NCBI GenBank assembly: GCA_010093815.1
Contig: ML996567.1
Strand: one strand, 5' to 3'
DNA length: 64,000 nt
Source: Pseudovirgaria hyperparasitica
Lineage: Eukaryota
The notes beneath the pieces were generated by a model that made no database searches, was not told the DNA's origin, and saw only the letters and a program-made list of their open reading frames with translations. Shown here one piece after another: positions 12,701-25,900 of this stretch (position 1 is its first letter; every line of letters starts with the position of its first letter). A program made the position numbers and the translations under genes.

Positions 12701-13108
12701 TGCGCAAACTGCCATACGAGAGTGACGCCGGAATGGCGGCGCGGACCCAGTGGCAATCGTGATTTGTGCAATAGCTGCGGTTTGCGGTGGGCAAAACAAG
12801 TGAGTTTTGATGGAAGCAGATTGTCAAAGATTGCAGCTAACGATGCCACCTTACAGAACGGTCGGGTTTCACCTCGAACTTCATCTCAACACTCTGCATC
12901 AGCCCAAAGCGACAAAGGCAGCAAAGGCAGCAAGACCAGCGCATCTCCGCGTGGCCATATCATTGGCAAGCCAGATTCGCAGACGTCGCCAAAGCAAGTG
13001 AGTGCTGACAATCACAATGCTAAGGTTGCTAGGATGGAGGTGGCAGCCTCCCAAGGCCTATCTGGCGGCGTGCCTCCGAAGATTGACGAGGGTGTCGAGC
13101 CAGAGTGA
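9790..13108 (+). CDS. wc-1: White collar-1 blue-light photoreceptor / GATA transcription factor
   Basis: Low-complexity N-terminus; LOV domain with [12 protein letters not shown] and [19 protein letters not shown] finger [30 protein letters not shown]. Introns ~10754-10803, 10882-10939, 11399-11450, 12800-12856. Confidence 0.97.
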
Positions 13109-14102
13109 TGATAGACGGAATGACAACCATCTATGGCTATTTATTCAACATCTTCTGTAATTTGTTAGGGCTCCGGCTTGGTCGCAACGATACCCATCGT
13201 ATTCTGGATAGAGGAGTAGGTCTGGTGTGCAGAAGCTTTATTGAGTACTGACCACTCTGGTGTATTCCCGTTAATGTAAATTCAGTATTGGGCGATTTGG
13301 CGTTGCATTTGGCGTTTCTGTGGGATCGTCTAGCGCAATTTCTGGGACGTGTCTGGTTAGATTTGTACGTATGGTGGTGTGATGATAGCATCGGACGACC
13401 TCAGGTTCCGCTGAGCGGCGAAGGATTGATGAGATGAGCGACGCATATATTGTTTTGTTGTAGGTACGCGAGTACATGCGAAAGGCACACATCTGCTTGA
13501 CACAAAACATACAGAGTACACAAAGTGCACAAATGCAAAGAAGAAACAGTCGACATGGTGGAGGCGTCGTGGGTTTCTGCATAGGTAATTTTAGAGACTC
13601 GAGATATCGTAGCTCAGCTAGCGAGCACGGACCCCCATTGCGGGAATCCAACGGTGTGGCGCCAGGGGGCAGAAACCTACTGCTATCGAGCGCCAGGAGA
13701 GAGAGTGAAGCTCGCTCGGGCACTATTCTGAGCCCTGGGTCCCCAGCCGCGGCTTGGGTAGAGATTCATTGGCCAATTGTCAGTTGGGGTTCTATCAGGT
13801 TTTTTGATGCCTTCATGGGCTCGTTCAGTACTTTTACTTCGGCCTCGCTGCTCATGAGAGAATGAATGGGACTGTCCTGTTGCTTGCGCATGAAACACCA
13901 ATTCTTCCCTGCCACTTTCCACCCCTGCTTTTTATAGCATTGCCTAAATCCTTCTGAGCCTTTCCGGGTCGACACGCGGCCCCAATACGAAACAATCGCT
14001 TGCGAGTAGCAAAACACACTGACTGCTGGACGTGTCGTCTCTTGTCGCGCGACACGCTTTCCTTACAAGTCCGAGCACAAGAAGAGCGAGCACAGCTGGA
14101 GA

Positions 14103-15059
14103 ATGGACGAGGACAGCAGGATTTCCATAACGATATGTGGCGACGGAGGATGCGGTGCGTGAAGCAGGCATGGACCAACAATCTATGGGGCTTGAAGACT
14201 GACTTGCGCAGGCAAATCTTCAATCACACTGCGGCTGGTGAGGAGTGAATGGACACATGAGTAAGTGCATCCACTCACCAAGATCCAGTATGCCAAGCTG
14301 ACATGATTAATCGCGCAGATATGACCCTACGATCGGTATGCTCTTCGACCTTTTGCATCCATGTACAACCAGTCACGGCATTGTTTTCCAGCAACGCACA
14401 AAGCTCCAAGGGACACCTACCGAAGCTGACACTATCTAGAGGACTCATACTCGGTAACTCGAGTTATTGATGGAAAGACATATCACCTCAATATCACCGA
14501 TACTGCTGGCCAAGAAGAATACCGTGGTTTGTGGGCCACGTCGAATCTCAAGAGCGATGCATTCCTTCTCGTCTACGACATCACCAGTCCCATGTCCCTA
14601 GACGGCCTACAATACTTCACAGACATGCTTGAGATAGAAACCGAGCATCGTCTAGATACCGACGGAGTACCGCCTGTGAAGATCGTTACCGGAAACAAAT
14701 GTGATTTGCAGACGGCGAGACAGATTCGAAGTCAACAGGGTCTTGAGTGGGCCAGAGCTCGGAAATGTGGGTTCATGGAGACCAGCGCGAGGGAGATGGT
14801 CAATATTGAGGAAACCTTCGCTCGTACGTGGCTCACGCCAGGCGACCAACGTGATATCCTGAAGGAATGCTGACTTCAGAATGTAGTTCTTGTACGGCGG
14901 GTGGTTGAGTCTCGGAAAATCCATGCGATGGGAGGCGCCGCAGCATTTGCAAAGACACAGCCTATAGCGCCAACCTCGGAGAAGAAGCATCTACCAGATA
15001 TCGAGCAGGTGCATAGAGAAGCCAGACCGAGTCTTTGGAGACGTGTGAAGTGCTGGTGA
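14103..15059 (+). CDS. Ras-family small GTPase (fungal Ras-like, C-terminal CW)
   Basis: Spliced G-boxes: G1 GDGGCGKS, G2 YDPTIEDSY (17-nt microexon 14319-14335), G3 DTAGQEEY, G4 NKCD, G5 ETSAR. Ends LWRRVKCW-stop at 15059. Confidence 0.9.
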
Positions 15060-15714
15060 CGGCACATTGGCGTACGGATCAACGCGAGTGCGAGAAAAAA
15101 AAGTTATAGAGCGTATGTCACACTTGGGCCTCAAGAGCGCAGAGTACCTTTGGTTTGGAATCCTATTTTGTCATTTGTATACATATAGCTAGGCAACTTT
15201 CCTTTTGCTAGGCGCTTGAGCGAGTCTGGACAGGCACATCCCATTTGTTTAAGGGCCATTTTGTCTTATTTATTCCCATCCTGTAACCTGTTGCCCGTTG
15301 TTTGGCTTCTGCATACAGCGATTTGGTTGTTCCAGATGAGTGTACGATAGGAAAAGGACACTAAAAAGCACGGTCATAGGCAATATTTCAATACTGGAAT
15401 GCGAACGAAACGTATCTTGTTATCCCTGTGTACAAATATCCATTCACTACACTAGAGGCGTGCATTGACTTACCCCTCCCGTGAGTTGTGTGGCGTTCAA
15501 ACTTCAGCCCTAAGAATGCTTACAGTATGCTTGCCCCACTCCGATCTAAATCATGCAGGTAGAGTGGGTTTCGTTGCCTACCCACAGTCTTCCTCTTCCT
15601 CACAATTATTCGAGCGTTATATCCCATCAAGCAAAGAAACATATATACGATACACCCACTATGCTCTCCCAAACGTGCGCGCTCTAGAGGCCTCGCCTCG
15701 CTGGTTCAAACACC

Positions 15715-16569
15715 ATGCGCGCCGCTTTGCTCTCCCCGCAGTATGCCCTTCATTCACCAAAACGCAAACGCGCTGACAGCACGAATGATTCCGATACAAA
15801 GCCCTCCACTCACTTCATCCCCCGGCTCAATATACCGGCAGTGTCCGAAGATGCAAGAACGCCTCCTGACAGCCCAAGGGACCGTGTGGCACAGGAATTG
15901 TCGGGCTTACGACTGAAGGAGATGGACGAGGGTGTCAGGATCATAGACTTTGGAGTTGGACACGCTGGATCGGGAAACATCATGGACCCGGCAAGCAAAA
16001 GAATAAAGATTGATGAGAACGTGGCCCACCCCGGCGGTTGTGGTCGATCCGAGAATGGAGATACGCAGATGCTTGAGATACCCGAGACACCGCAGACGTC
16101 GTTTGGCAGCACGGTGTCCCGCAATGCTGCAATACCAGAAACGCCTCAGATATCCGTGACTACGGAGCTCTACGAGGCTATGGGGCACCACAAAGGCTCA
16201 CCGCCGCCGAGTCATCCTCAAGATGACAGATTGAATCCAATTCCTATACCACCATCCAACACCCCACCTCCGAAGCAACGCTCACCCTCACCCGTCCCTG
16301 TCCTGAATTTCTTCTGGCGGGACTCTGAGATCACCGGCCATCTTGGTGAGGACCCGGAAGATGATGGCGTGGGGATCAACGGCGTGGGCTTCAGGCCAAC
16401 CCCACAGATCGCACAAGCAAGGACAATAAAGAGACGACAGCAAGTCAATGACTGGAAAGCCCGTGAGGCACGAGAGGCTCGGCAGCGACGAAGCGAAAGG
16501 AGGCGAGGGGAAATAACAAGGGCCAAATCCGAGACTGGCGGGCAACGGAGGGTGGTACGGTTTGCCTAG
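15715..16569 (+). CDS. Hypothetical protein, P/S-rich with basic C-terminus
   Basis: 284-aa single-exon ORF. Structured C-terminal block WRDSEITGH..DPEDDGVGINGVGFRPTP..WKAREAREARQRRSERR. Confidence 0.75.
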   Translation: MRAALLSPQYALHSPKRKRADSTNDSDTKPSTHFIPRLNIPAVSEDARTPPDSPRDRVAQELSGLRLKEMDEGVRIIDFGVGHAGSGNIMDPASKRIKIDENVAHPGGCGRSENGDTQMLEIPETPQTSFGSTVSRNAAIPETPQISVTTELYEAMGHHKGSPPPSHPQDDRLNPIPIPPSNTPPPKQRSPSPVPVLNFFWRDSEITGHLGEDPEDDGVGINGVGFRPTPQIAQARTIKRRQQVNDWKAREAREARQRRSERRRGEITRAKSETGGQRRVVRFA

Positions 16570-17066
16570 AGTGGCACCGGTTATGTCTTTGATGAATTCT
16601 ACGACTGAGTTGGCTATGGCGCACTTGGCGTTCCAGAACGGAGCGTTGGATAACTTATGGTCGACTTTCTCTTATCGGGATTATTAGGCGTTCGTTATTC
16701 TTGATTTATCACCCTGTTGTGGGTCAAACACCTCACGCTCCGAAGCGAACTAGGCATTCCTCGTGTTGCATGCATATGCTGATATCAAGCTGGCGGAATG
16801 GCACAGTTGGGACTAAACCTTTCAGCATATCGGGCTTGTGCTCAATAGATGCCAGCATTCAGCGAATTTAGAATTGCGCTTGTTATACCTACAAGCGTAA
16901 AGTGCACTCTCTTACAGCCCTTTTGTGTGGTGTCGTCGCCCCACTCAAACGTGTCACAATTCCGTTACTGTGCCAACGTCCGCATTGGGTACAACCACAA
17001 CATCTCAAACTTGGATAGACTATTGCCAACGAGTGAAGAGAATCGGTTTATTGCTATACGTACAGA

Positions 17067-19234
17067 ATGGCACGTCTACGGAAGGTTATTGAATGCTCGA
17101 GCGATAGCGACGATTCGCTCCCAGACTTGCACACCTTGTTAGCAGTCACGCGGATAAAACCCCAGGCTAAGAACTCGCCGAGTCAGACGAGCTCAACTTC
17201 AAACACACATCAGCAACAGAAATCGCCTCAGAAGCTTTGCATTTCCTCTACTTCGTCACTTTCCGAAGATTTTTCAGCATTAAAAGTCAAGGTACCGTCA
17301 AAACTGGAGCAACGGAAGGTCAGTCCTAAGGATGGACAAGTTTCAACTGTTCATAGTCCGAGGAAACAGCGTGCGTTGAAGCCATTGAATCATGATCATA
17401 CACTGCTCAATCGATTGTCTCCCGTCGAGCTGGCCTCGAAGAAGGAAAAGGAGGTATCAACATCCAGAGGAAGCCAGGTTAGGAAAATCAGAAAGGAAGC
17501 CATTTTACAGAGCTCAGCAAAGAAACCAGAAAGCAGAGCTTGTAAAAGCGATCCCAAAGAAATCTCTGTTGTCGAAGAACCTGTGAAGGATGTAGGTTCA
17601 GACTCGGACTCGGATGCTCCAGTCAGAAGACGAGCAAGGAATAGTCCTGTCAAAGTCGGAACAAGAGAGCCGCCCAAGGAGCATGACGATACCCCGGACG
17701 ATTTTGAGTTTGAGCAAACTGAAGTAGAGGTGGAGGAAACTATTATGTGTGGGTCTGATATGGATGAAGACAGTTTCATTGTACACACAGACTCTTCAGA
17801 GGATGAATGTGAGGACCGAAAAGTCGTGGAACGACCGCTTTTCAGGCCGGCAAAGTCGAACAAAAAGTCCTTGAAAGATATTTCAATCAAGGATGAGCTG
17901 CCAGCCAGGTCATTATATCAACCGCCTGCTTCGATAAGATCCACTGTTCGACCAGGAAGCTCGTCAGACAATAATGCGGGTGCCATTCTTACATTGTAGG
18001 CCCAAGTAGATGAACGTCTCTATGTCATCGCTAATTGGCATATAGTTCTCCACCCAGGACTCGATCTCCACGTAAAGCACCACCACAAGAACCACCTACG
18101 ACTCCACCCTCTCACTCTCCTGTCCGGAGGCTTGTATCGCCCAAGAAACAGCGACCACGGATACCGACACCTCCTCACGGTAGTCCCAGCGTGGAAGGTT
18201 TCTGGGACCCTCAATTAGTCAATGAATGGCATGACAAGTACTCTCCGCAGAAGCCTCTAGTGTCTCCTCACAAGAGCCTCAAGCATCGATTTGGCACGAA
18301 CGCAACTTCCTCGTCTCCGGATCTCATTGAACCACCGTCTCCAACTTCATCCCCACGCAAAAGAAGCCCCCAGAAGAAAACCCTAGCTGACTCTCGCAAA
18401 GAATTCGAGTCCCGCAAAACCGAATTAGCAAAATCATTCGTAGAAGAACTCGACCACAAGATCACCCAAGACCGACTACGAGAGCTTACCGCCTCTGCTG
18501 GTGGCATCAAGATAATATGGTCCACCAAACTAGCCACCACCGCCGGCCGCGCAAACTGGCGCCGCGAAGTCTTCCGCATCCGCGGGCCCTCAACCACTTC
18601 CACAAACGGAACAACTACTTGCTCAACCCTAACCACCAAAACCCTACACCACGCCTCTATCGAGCTCTCCACCAAAGTCATCGACTGCAACACACGCCTG
18701 TACAACGTCCTCGCCCACGAATTCTGCCACCTTGCAAACTTCATGATCTCCCAGGTCACCGCCCGGCCGCATGGCGCAGAATTCAAGGCCTGGGCCTCCA
18801 AAGTCTCGTCAGCATTCTCACACCTCGATGTCGTCGTCACAACAAAACACACATACGAGATCGCGTACAAGTACATCTGGGCCTGCGTCGGCTGCGCAAC
18901 AGAGTACAAGCGGCACAGCAAGAGCGTGGATCCGGAGCGACATGCCTGCAGCGTGTGTAAGGGCCGTCTAGTGCAGATCCAGCCCGTGCCGAGAGCAGGG
19001 AAGGGCCCCGGTGGTGAGCGCGGCATCAGCGAGTATCAGCGGTTCGTCAAGGATCACTTTAAGACGGTGCAGGGTGAGTGTAAGGGGCTGAGCCATGGGG
19101 TGGTTATGGAGAGGCTAGGGAGGATGTATAGGGAGCAGAAGAAGAAGGAGGGGGAAGAGGATGGTCGGCGAGGGGTGGGGAGGGAGAAGGATGATGAACT
19201 GGAGAAGGTCTTGGGTGGGTTGTCGTTGGGATGA
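17067..19234 (+). CDS. SprT-like metalloprotease (GCNA/ACRC-like) with Zn ribbon and HMG-like tail
   Basis: Disordered acidic N-terminus; intron 17996-18045; HEFCH zincin motif; HGAEFKAW; CVGC..CSVC Zn ribbon; YQRFVKDHF HMG-box-like segment. Confidence 0.88.
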
Positions 19235-19817
19235 GATGCGGGTTTTTGGGTTGCATTTGGGTGGTGTACCTCTTTTTCTGGCTCGCTTTGGCGTGGGTAG
19301 AATTGCATTGCGAGGAGTTGTGTGAGGAAATGATGCAGGGCTGAGATAATTTCACGGATCGTATCTTCACCTGATGTGCCATGGATAGATATCTAAGCTG
19401 TGGATTAAAGCATTGCCGGGCTTTCCCTCGTGGCTCCGTTCCTCAATCCCAGGAGAATAATACATTCAGGCATCTCAATTGTGCAGTTAAAGTCACGAAA
19501 CGAATAGCTCTGTGAGCAGTAAATACGCGTGGATCGGGTGAAAAGTGAATCTATCCCAGTATGCGGCATTTATGTGATTGTATCGAGATACCGATGTGTA
19601 TGTAGGGAGATATCTATATTTCGACATGACTGACATTGAAAATGGTAGAGGTGCTATACATATACTACACATGTGTCAATAGCTACCATATCTAAATACC
19701 AGTAACATGTACTGCTGAGCGATATACACACAGACTGAATGACTGTAACGATGGGATATCTCCGAGAACAACGGCAAAGTGTGTCATGAATATACAAGAT
19801 CAAGACATTAGGTCCAC

Positions 19818-22211
19818 TCAGTCAACGATCCCACCACCCTCCGCCCTGACTCCCCATCTACCCACCTCCCTCATCGCATCTTCGCCTCCCTCGGCCAGCA
19901 TTGGATCCTCCAGTGCCTTGCTGATGAGCTTCCATCCATCTCGTCCCCCGCCCCAGCGCAGCACATCCTGCTTCAGTTTCTCGCCCGCCGCACGATCGAT
20001 CGCGCCGCCATCCTGGCCCGCATTAAACACAACCTTCCAGACGCGCCCCGCAATAGCACGATCAAACAGATACGAATAGTACGTCGCGCCGTAACCAAAA
20101 AGATGGCCGAAGAAGCCCTGCCAAGCGGTGCCCGCGGGCTCAGAGACGCTGCATTGGGCATAGACGTCATGGTAGGTGCGCGTGCTGTTGAAGCCCGGCA
20201 GCATGGGCAAGCTAGAGTGATAAGCCTGGTCGAGGCAGGACAGCAGGATCTGGGCCTCTGTTTCGGCGCCGCCCATGCGAGTGTCGAGACGCATGCGTTC
20301 CTCGAGGGCGGGCATGGGCAGCGGGGCGTCGGTGTCCCAGTGGCGGGCGAAGAGGCCGAGGACGGCGGGATCGGCGGCGAAATGCTCCATGAGGACGGAG
20401 GGCAGCTCGGCGAAGTCTGTGGCGCAGCGTGTGCCGGCGACGTTCTGGAGCTGGGTGCGGCCGAGCATGGAGTGGACGGCGTGGCCCATTTCGTGGAAGA
20501 GGGTTTGGACTTCGCGGAAGGTGAGCAGGGTTGGGCGGTCGCGGGTGGAGGAGTAGGTGGTGGAGCGGGCAAAGTCGCAGATGAGGGCGATTGTGGGGAG
20601 TTGGTAGAGGTCTCCGTCGTCGGGGTTAATGTTGGAGGCCATGCCGTCTGTTGCGGCATCTTTGGGCGAGGAGAAGGGATGCGGGATGCGAGAGGCATCT
20701 TCGATTTCGGACCCGGATATCTTTCGTGAGCAGCGGAGGGTGAAGTGGGCTGGATTGGGGCTTTTGCCTGGACGTGAGAACAGGTCGCAGTAGACCACGG
20801 CGATATGCCCGGCTTTCTCGTCAATCACATCGAGTCTCCGAACGTCGTCGTTCCAGGTCTCCCCGGGTCTGGTCTCGCGCGGCACAAGTCGAATTCCATA
20901 CAAGCGGTTGAATAGACGTGAGAGACCTTGCATGACTGTGCCAAGCGAAAAGTATGCGGACAAGAAGTCTGGCGACTTTATCTTGGTATGCATGGATGAA
21001 AGGAGGCGTGATGTGTAGTAGTCACGGTCCCAAGCATTGAGGTTTCCGGGGAAGTTGTTGCTATGCGCGTCCGATTTCTTGAACTCTCGAATTTCGTCAA
21101 GCTCATCCAACACCTTTGCATGATTGTCGGTCGTCAGCGCCTGCAAAAACTGATTGACAGCTTCGGGCGTTTTCGCCATCTTGTCGGAAAGTGATAGATG
21201 AGCAAAACTCTCGTAGCCAGACAACTTTGCGAGCTCAGCTCTGGCTTTCAGGAGCTGTTCCAGACGTGCTATGTTATCGGCGGACGACGTCCTGCTTGCC
21301 ATGTAGATCTCCCTGCGTACGTCTGGATCCTCGACCTGCCGCAAGGCCAGCGAAGCCTCCATACCGTTCATCTTCATGACCAGAGTCCCCCATTTTGTTA
21401 ATCGGCGGGCGACCTGCGGATCGAGTCCTTTCATTTCGCTACTCTGGAAGGTAAGAAACTCCTTCTCAGGCGCCAGGTTGTTCACAAAGTCCGTGCCAAC
21501 ATTTACGATCTCGTTGGACAAGTCAACGAAACGCTGTCGTGTCGCCTGGGGTAGATTGATTGCGGACTTTGAGAAGTCTCGGATCAGGATGTTGGCCGTG
21601 ACCTGTTCCTCCTCATTCCACGAATCCCACACTTCAGGTATGCTTGCAGCTCTTTTCAGTTGGTCATTCAAGGCGGTCGTAGTATTCAGCTCATTCATAT
21701 ACTGGAACATGAGTCCGTATGCTCTGGTCGCCGCAATCTGTGTCTTCTGGTCGGGATGTGTTGCGCGAACGAAGTCCGCCAGGTCGATGACACGACATAG
21801 TAGATCGGATAGGCGATCGAGGTCTCTTGTTATTGGTTTGAATTCTTCTATACTGTTTGCGCGCACCACTCTGTCTATGATCGGGGCGCACTTTTGCAAG
21901 GTGACCTCGACGAACTGTTGAAAGCCTTCCGGCCGAGTAAGGTACTTGTTCTGGAGGAGGCCTGCCGACTTCCCGCGCTTAGAGCTCTGGGAGAACTCCC
22001 TCCAAAATGCATGCGAGTCGAAGATCTGCCGAAGGTTACGGTCGTCGCTGTTCGTTTCGTGGGGGACATGGCTCGGGAGTGAGAAGGCTGTAGGAGGCGG
22101 TGATGTGGCGATGGCGGATGTCGCGGCGGCGCTGTTGTGCCTCTGTTGCTGACACTGGCGACGGAGACATCGAGAACAGGTCCATGATGGTCTCACGAAT
22201 CGCTTTAGCAT
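19818..22211 (-). CDS. OCT1: Mitochondrial intermediate peptidase (M3 family)
   Basis: 797 aa. Mitochondrial presequence; LSDLLCRVID; FHEMGHAVHSMLGRT; TRCATDFAELPS; FGHLFGYGATYYSYLFD. Confidence 0.95.
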   Translation of the reverse strand: MLKRFVRPSWTCSRCLRRQCQQQRHNSAAATSAIATSPPPTAFSLPSHVPHETNSDDRNLRQIFDSHAFWREFSQSSKRGKSAGLLQNKYLTRPEGFQQFVEVTLQKCAPIIDRVVRANSIEEFKPITRDLDRLSDLLCRVIDLADFVRATHPDQKTQIAATRAYGLMFQYMNELNTTTALNDQLKRAASIPEVWDSWNEEEQVTANILIRDFSKSAINLPQATRQRFVDLSNEIVNVGTDFVNNLAPEKEFLTFQSSEMKGLDPQVARRLTKWGTLVMKMNGMEASLALRQVEDPDVRREIYMASRTSSADNIARLEQLLKARAELAKLSGYESFAHLSLSDKMAKTPEAVNQFLQALTTDNHAKVLDELDEIREFKKSDAHSNNFPGNLNAWDRDYYTSRLLSSMHTKIKSPDFLSAYFSLGTVMQGLSRLFNRLYGIRLVPRETRPGETWNDDVRRLDVIDEKAGHIAVVYCDLFSRPGKSPNPAHFTLRCSRKISGSEIEDASRIPHPFSSPKDAATDGMASNINPDDGDLYQLPTIALICDFARSTTYSSTRDRPTLLTFREVQTLFHEMGHAVHSMLGRTQLQNVAGTRCATDFAELPSVLMEHFAADPAVLGLFARHWDTDAPLPMPALEERMRLDTRMGGAETEAQILLSCLDQAYHSSLPMLPGFNSTRTYHDVYAQCSVSEPAGTAWQGFFGHLFGYGATYYSYLFDRAIAGRVWKVVFNAGQDGGAIDRAAGEKLKQDVLRWGGGRDGWKLISKALEDPMLAEGGEDAMREVGRWGVRAEGGGIVD

Positions 22212-22984
22212 AGCGAGTTAGGGTGGTAGTATGTACATGAACGGACAAAGCAGAAAGCAAAAGATGATGGGCGGATCCCTCGAGATGAATGGTGCAAATC
22301 AGGGTCCAAACAAACCCTGGAAGCAAATAGATGCACCCGCTTTTATTTAAAACGCCGACGAACTTCTATACTATTTGATAGTATTAAGAGGGCACATGTC
22401 TGGCTTTGAGGGAGTCCTATGTTTTCTATGTCTTATAAGGGTAATTATATATTCGTTGTAGCAGGCATTTCTGCTCAGGAGGCTGCTGGAGCGGCGGGCG
22501 GAGTAGTATAAGAATGGCCAGGAATGGATGAATGGACTATAGATGTATATATCTTCCTTCAATGTCATGATACCGCACGTACAACCAATGTTCATACTTA
22601 AACACAGCATCCCTGAGCAAACAATTCACTCTGATCAGGCTTCAACTGCCAAGCAGAAAGTCGCCCGGACGCGTTCCCGAGTGCCAAGCTAATTAATTAC
22701 AGCTCGTGCACTCTTCCCGTCGATCCATCCATCTTCTACCACGCGAGTGAATACCTATACTTGTCTCCAATTCCTTCAACATTGCCCTATATCAGCGCGA
22801 CGCTTCTGCGGGATTCTTTTCCACCTCTATACACCAAACGGTGCCCTTCTCACTTCCACCTCTCCCTTCATCCCGATGTCTTGATACGCCTGGAATCCTA
22901 CTCCCTTCGAGCACATAACCTCGAACCATACCACACCACCCTTAACGCTTGTCCGGCGCGGCATCCGCTCCTCGATCAGCAGCG

Positions 22985-25900
22985 ATGCTACGACTAAGAC
23001 GTTACCGAGTCTTCCTTTTCTTCGCCATAATCACCATCTTTGCGTTCTACAAGTTCAGCGGCTCCTCACAGTGGCAGCAGTCGTCTTTAGATCCGGCGCC
23101 TCTCCCAAACAAGCCAAAGCCCCACGTCGAAGACGTCGAAGAACAAACAGTTGAGGTTGATCAATTGCCTAAGCCTGTTCTAAATGAAGTCGTAAAAGAG
23201 ACCAAGAAGTTGGATGTGCATGTGCCCGCCGCTGAGACACCCCAAGGTCCCCTGGTAACACCACCACCTGTTGCGCCGGTTGAGAAGCCTGCGCAAACTT
23301 CTGCAGCCAAGAAGCCATTGCTACCAGACGAAGATAGGCCTGTAGAACAACCAAAAGTTCCGGATCAAGGCCCTATACCAGGCAATCTCCCTCACGCTGT
23401 CGCCGCCGGAGACGCTGAACCTGAAACAGTCCCACCGGTGTACTGGAGCAAGCAGAAGGAACACTTCCCTCTCAAGACCGAATCCATTGTTCAACTACCA
23501 ACGGCGAAGCCCATAGCTGTCCCGAAGATCCAATATGCTTTCAAGAAGGAATCAGCGGACCAGAAAACCACCCGCGAGGCCCGACTCGATGTGGTCAAAA
23601 AAGAATTCTTATGGGCCTGGAAAGGTTACAAAGAGCATGCTTGGCTTCACGATGAGTTGAAGCCTGTGACTGGCGAATCAAAGGATCCATTTGCTGGCTG
23701 GGGGGCCACCCTTGTAGACTCTCTCGATACCCTCTGGATCATGGGCTTGACAACAGAATTTGAGGATGCTTTAGAAGGCGTCAAGAAGATTGATTTCAGA
23801 ACAACGACACGGGATGACATTCCAGTTTTCGAGACAACTATCCGCTACCTCGGCGGATTGCTCGCAGCATACGACGTAAGCGAGGGGAAGTATAAGATCC
23901 TTCTAGACAAGGCTGTAGAATTGGCCGAGGTCTTGATGGGAATATTTGATACCCCAAACCGTATGCCGGTGCTATACTACCATTGGCGACCGTAAGCACC
24001 CTATCAGATTCAAATCTAAAAACAGTGCTGACATCTCCATAGCATGTTCGCGAGCCAGGCTCATCGTGCAAGCACAAACTCTGTCTTAGCAGAGATCGGC
24101 TCACTGTCGATGGAATTTACACGCCTTGCTCAGATCACAAAGGAACCGAAGTACTACGACGCGGTTGCAAGGATCACTAACGAGCTCGAGAAGTCCCAGA
24201 ACAACACCAGACTACCTGGAATGTGGCCCACGTATCTAGATGCCAGTGGCTGTAAGAAATATGATGCTCAACATGTTTCATTGGCTACAGCTGAAAAGCC
24301 CGAGACCGACAAGCTCCAGAATCAACAAGCACCGGTCGACACAACTGTCTCGTTGGCGGATAAGACTCTGACAAAAGAGGATGAAAAGATGATCCCTGAT
24401 GATCAGAAGATGGTCCCATTCAAGAGACCACCTCCTGCCGAGTCCACAGCAAAAGCAACAGATGATGATATGTCTTCTGCGCCCCAGGCAGGCAATGATG
24501 GGCGTATTCAAGGGTTCGATGGTGAGAAAGTTGATGAGACCAGCCTACAAAGGCCCAAACCCCAACAGCATCCGGGCCCCCCCAAGGACAAGAACCCAAA
24601 CACTCCTCAGGCTGGTAAAGCTAGCCAGATACTTGGCATGAACGGCGAGAAGGTGGACGAAACTAGCTTAGGGAGATTATCGAAGCCCGGAGATGTCAAG
24701 CCAAATACAATGTCTCGGGAAGATGACGTACCGGAAGCTAAACTCGAGAAGAACCCAATCGCTGCGGGGGCCGATAAGTTTGGTAAGATTCTTGGTATGG
24801 ATGGGCCTGACGAGGACGGTACCAGCCTCGGGACGCTTAAAAATGATCCACGACTTCCGGTACAAGAGAAGCCACTGCGTGTTCAAGACTGGGACGAGGA
24901 TCGGAAGAAGGACAATACATTGAAGCCGCTGTCACCTGGTCAGCCTGGCAAAGTTGCAGGTTGGAATGAGAGAGAAGAGGAAATTTCTGGTCTACGCAAG
25001 CGACAGCTTGATCTTGAAGACCAGCCGACATTCGAAGATCTGATTGATGGAGTGGATAGCTCCACATCACCTCCTCCGGTGACAGGCTCAACTCTGGAGG
25101 CAAATGACAAGGAGGCGCCCGATTGTATACCCCAGGGGCTTGTACCAACAGTCTCAAATGGTAGAAATACCTTCACCCTGGGTGGCATGTCTGATTCTAC
25201 TTACGAATATCTTCCCAAGGTACGTCGAAACATGAAGTCAGCGGGTTATGTACTGACAGACGCAGCAATATTTGTTACTTGGCGGTGTCGTAGACCAGTA
25301 CAAGAATATGTACGAGCTGGCTATGAAAGCCATTCGAAAGTATCTCATTTTTCGCCCTATGTTACCCCACGGAGTCGACGTACTCATGTCTGGCGCTTTT
25401 GGCATCTCAGGCAGGACAGGCGACGTCGATGTCGATGATGGCGAATTAGATCCGGAGGGCGCCCATCTGACATGCTTCGTCGGCGGCATGATCGGCATGG
25501 GCGCCAAAATATTCGGGATAGAACCCGATCTGAAGCTTGCTGAAAAGCTGACAGAAGGTTGCGTCTGGGCCTACAACAGCACTGCTTCAGGCATTATGCC
25601 AGAGTCATTCCGCGCAATACCGTGTGACGATCCCAAAGATTGTACGTGGAATCAGACACAGTATTATCTCGAACTCGATCCATACGCCGAATTGCGTCGG
25701 ATATCGTACCTCAAAGACGTGGAGCAATATAATATTCAAATGGCAGAAGCGACCGCCAAAGCTTCAGCTGCTGTTATCTCCAAGCAAGAGGCCGTAGCTC
25801 AACCGACACCTGCACCCGAGGTTGAAGCCGCTCCCGCACTGGCTGATCCAGCATTTCCTGCTGACCCAGTGACTCCTCCCAGTCCAAAGTCTTTGGACAC

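Noticed and set aside
19973..20824. Long alternative-frame and antisense ORFs within OCT1 (similarly within the SprT gene)
   Set aside because: GC-rich shadow frames of a well-supported CDS.
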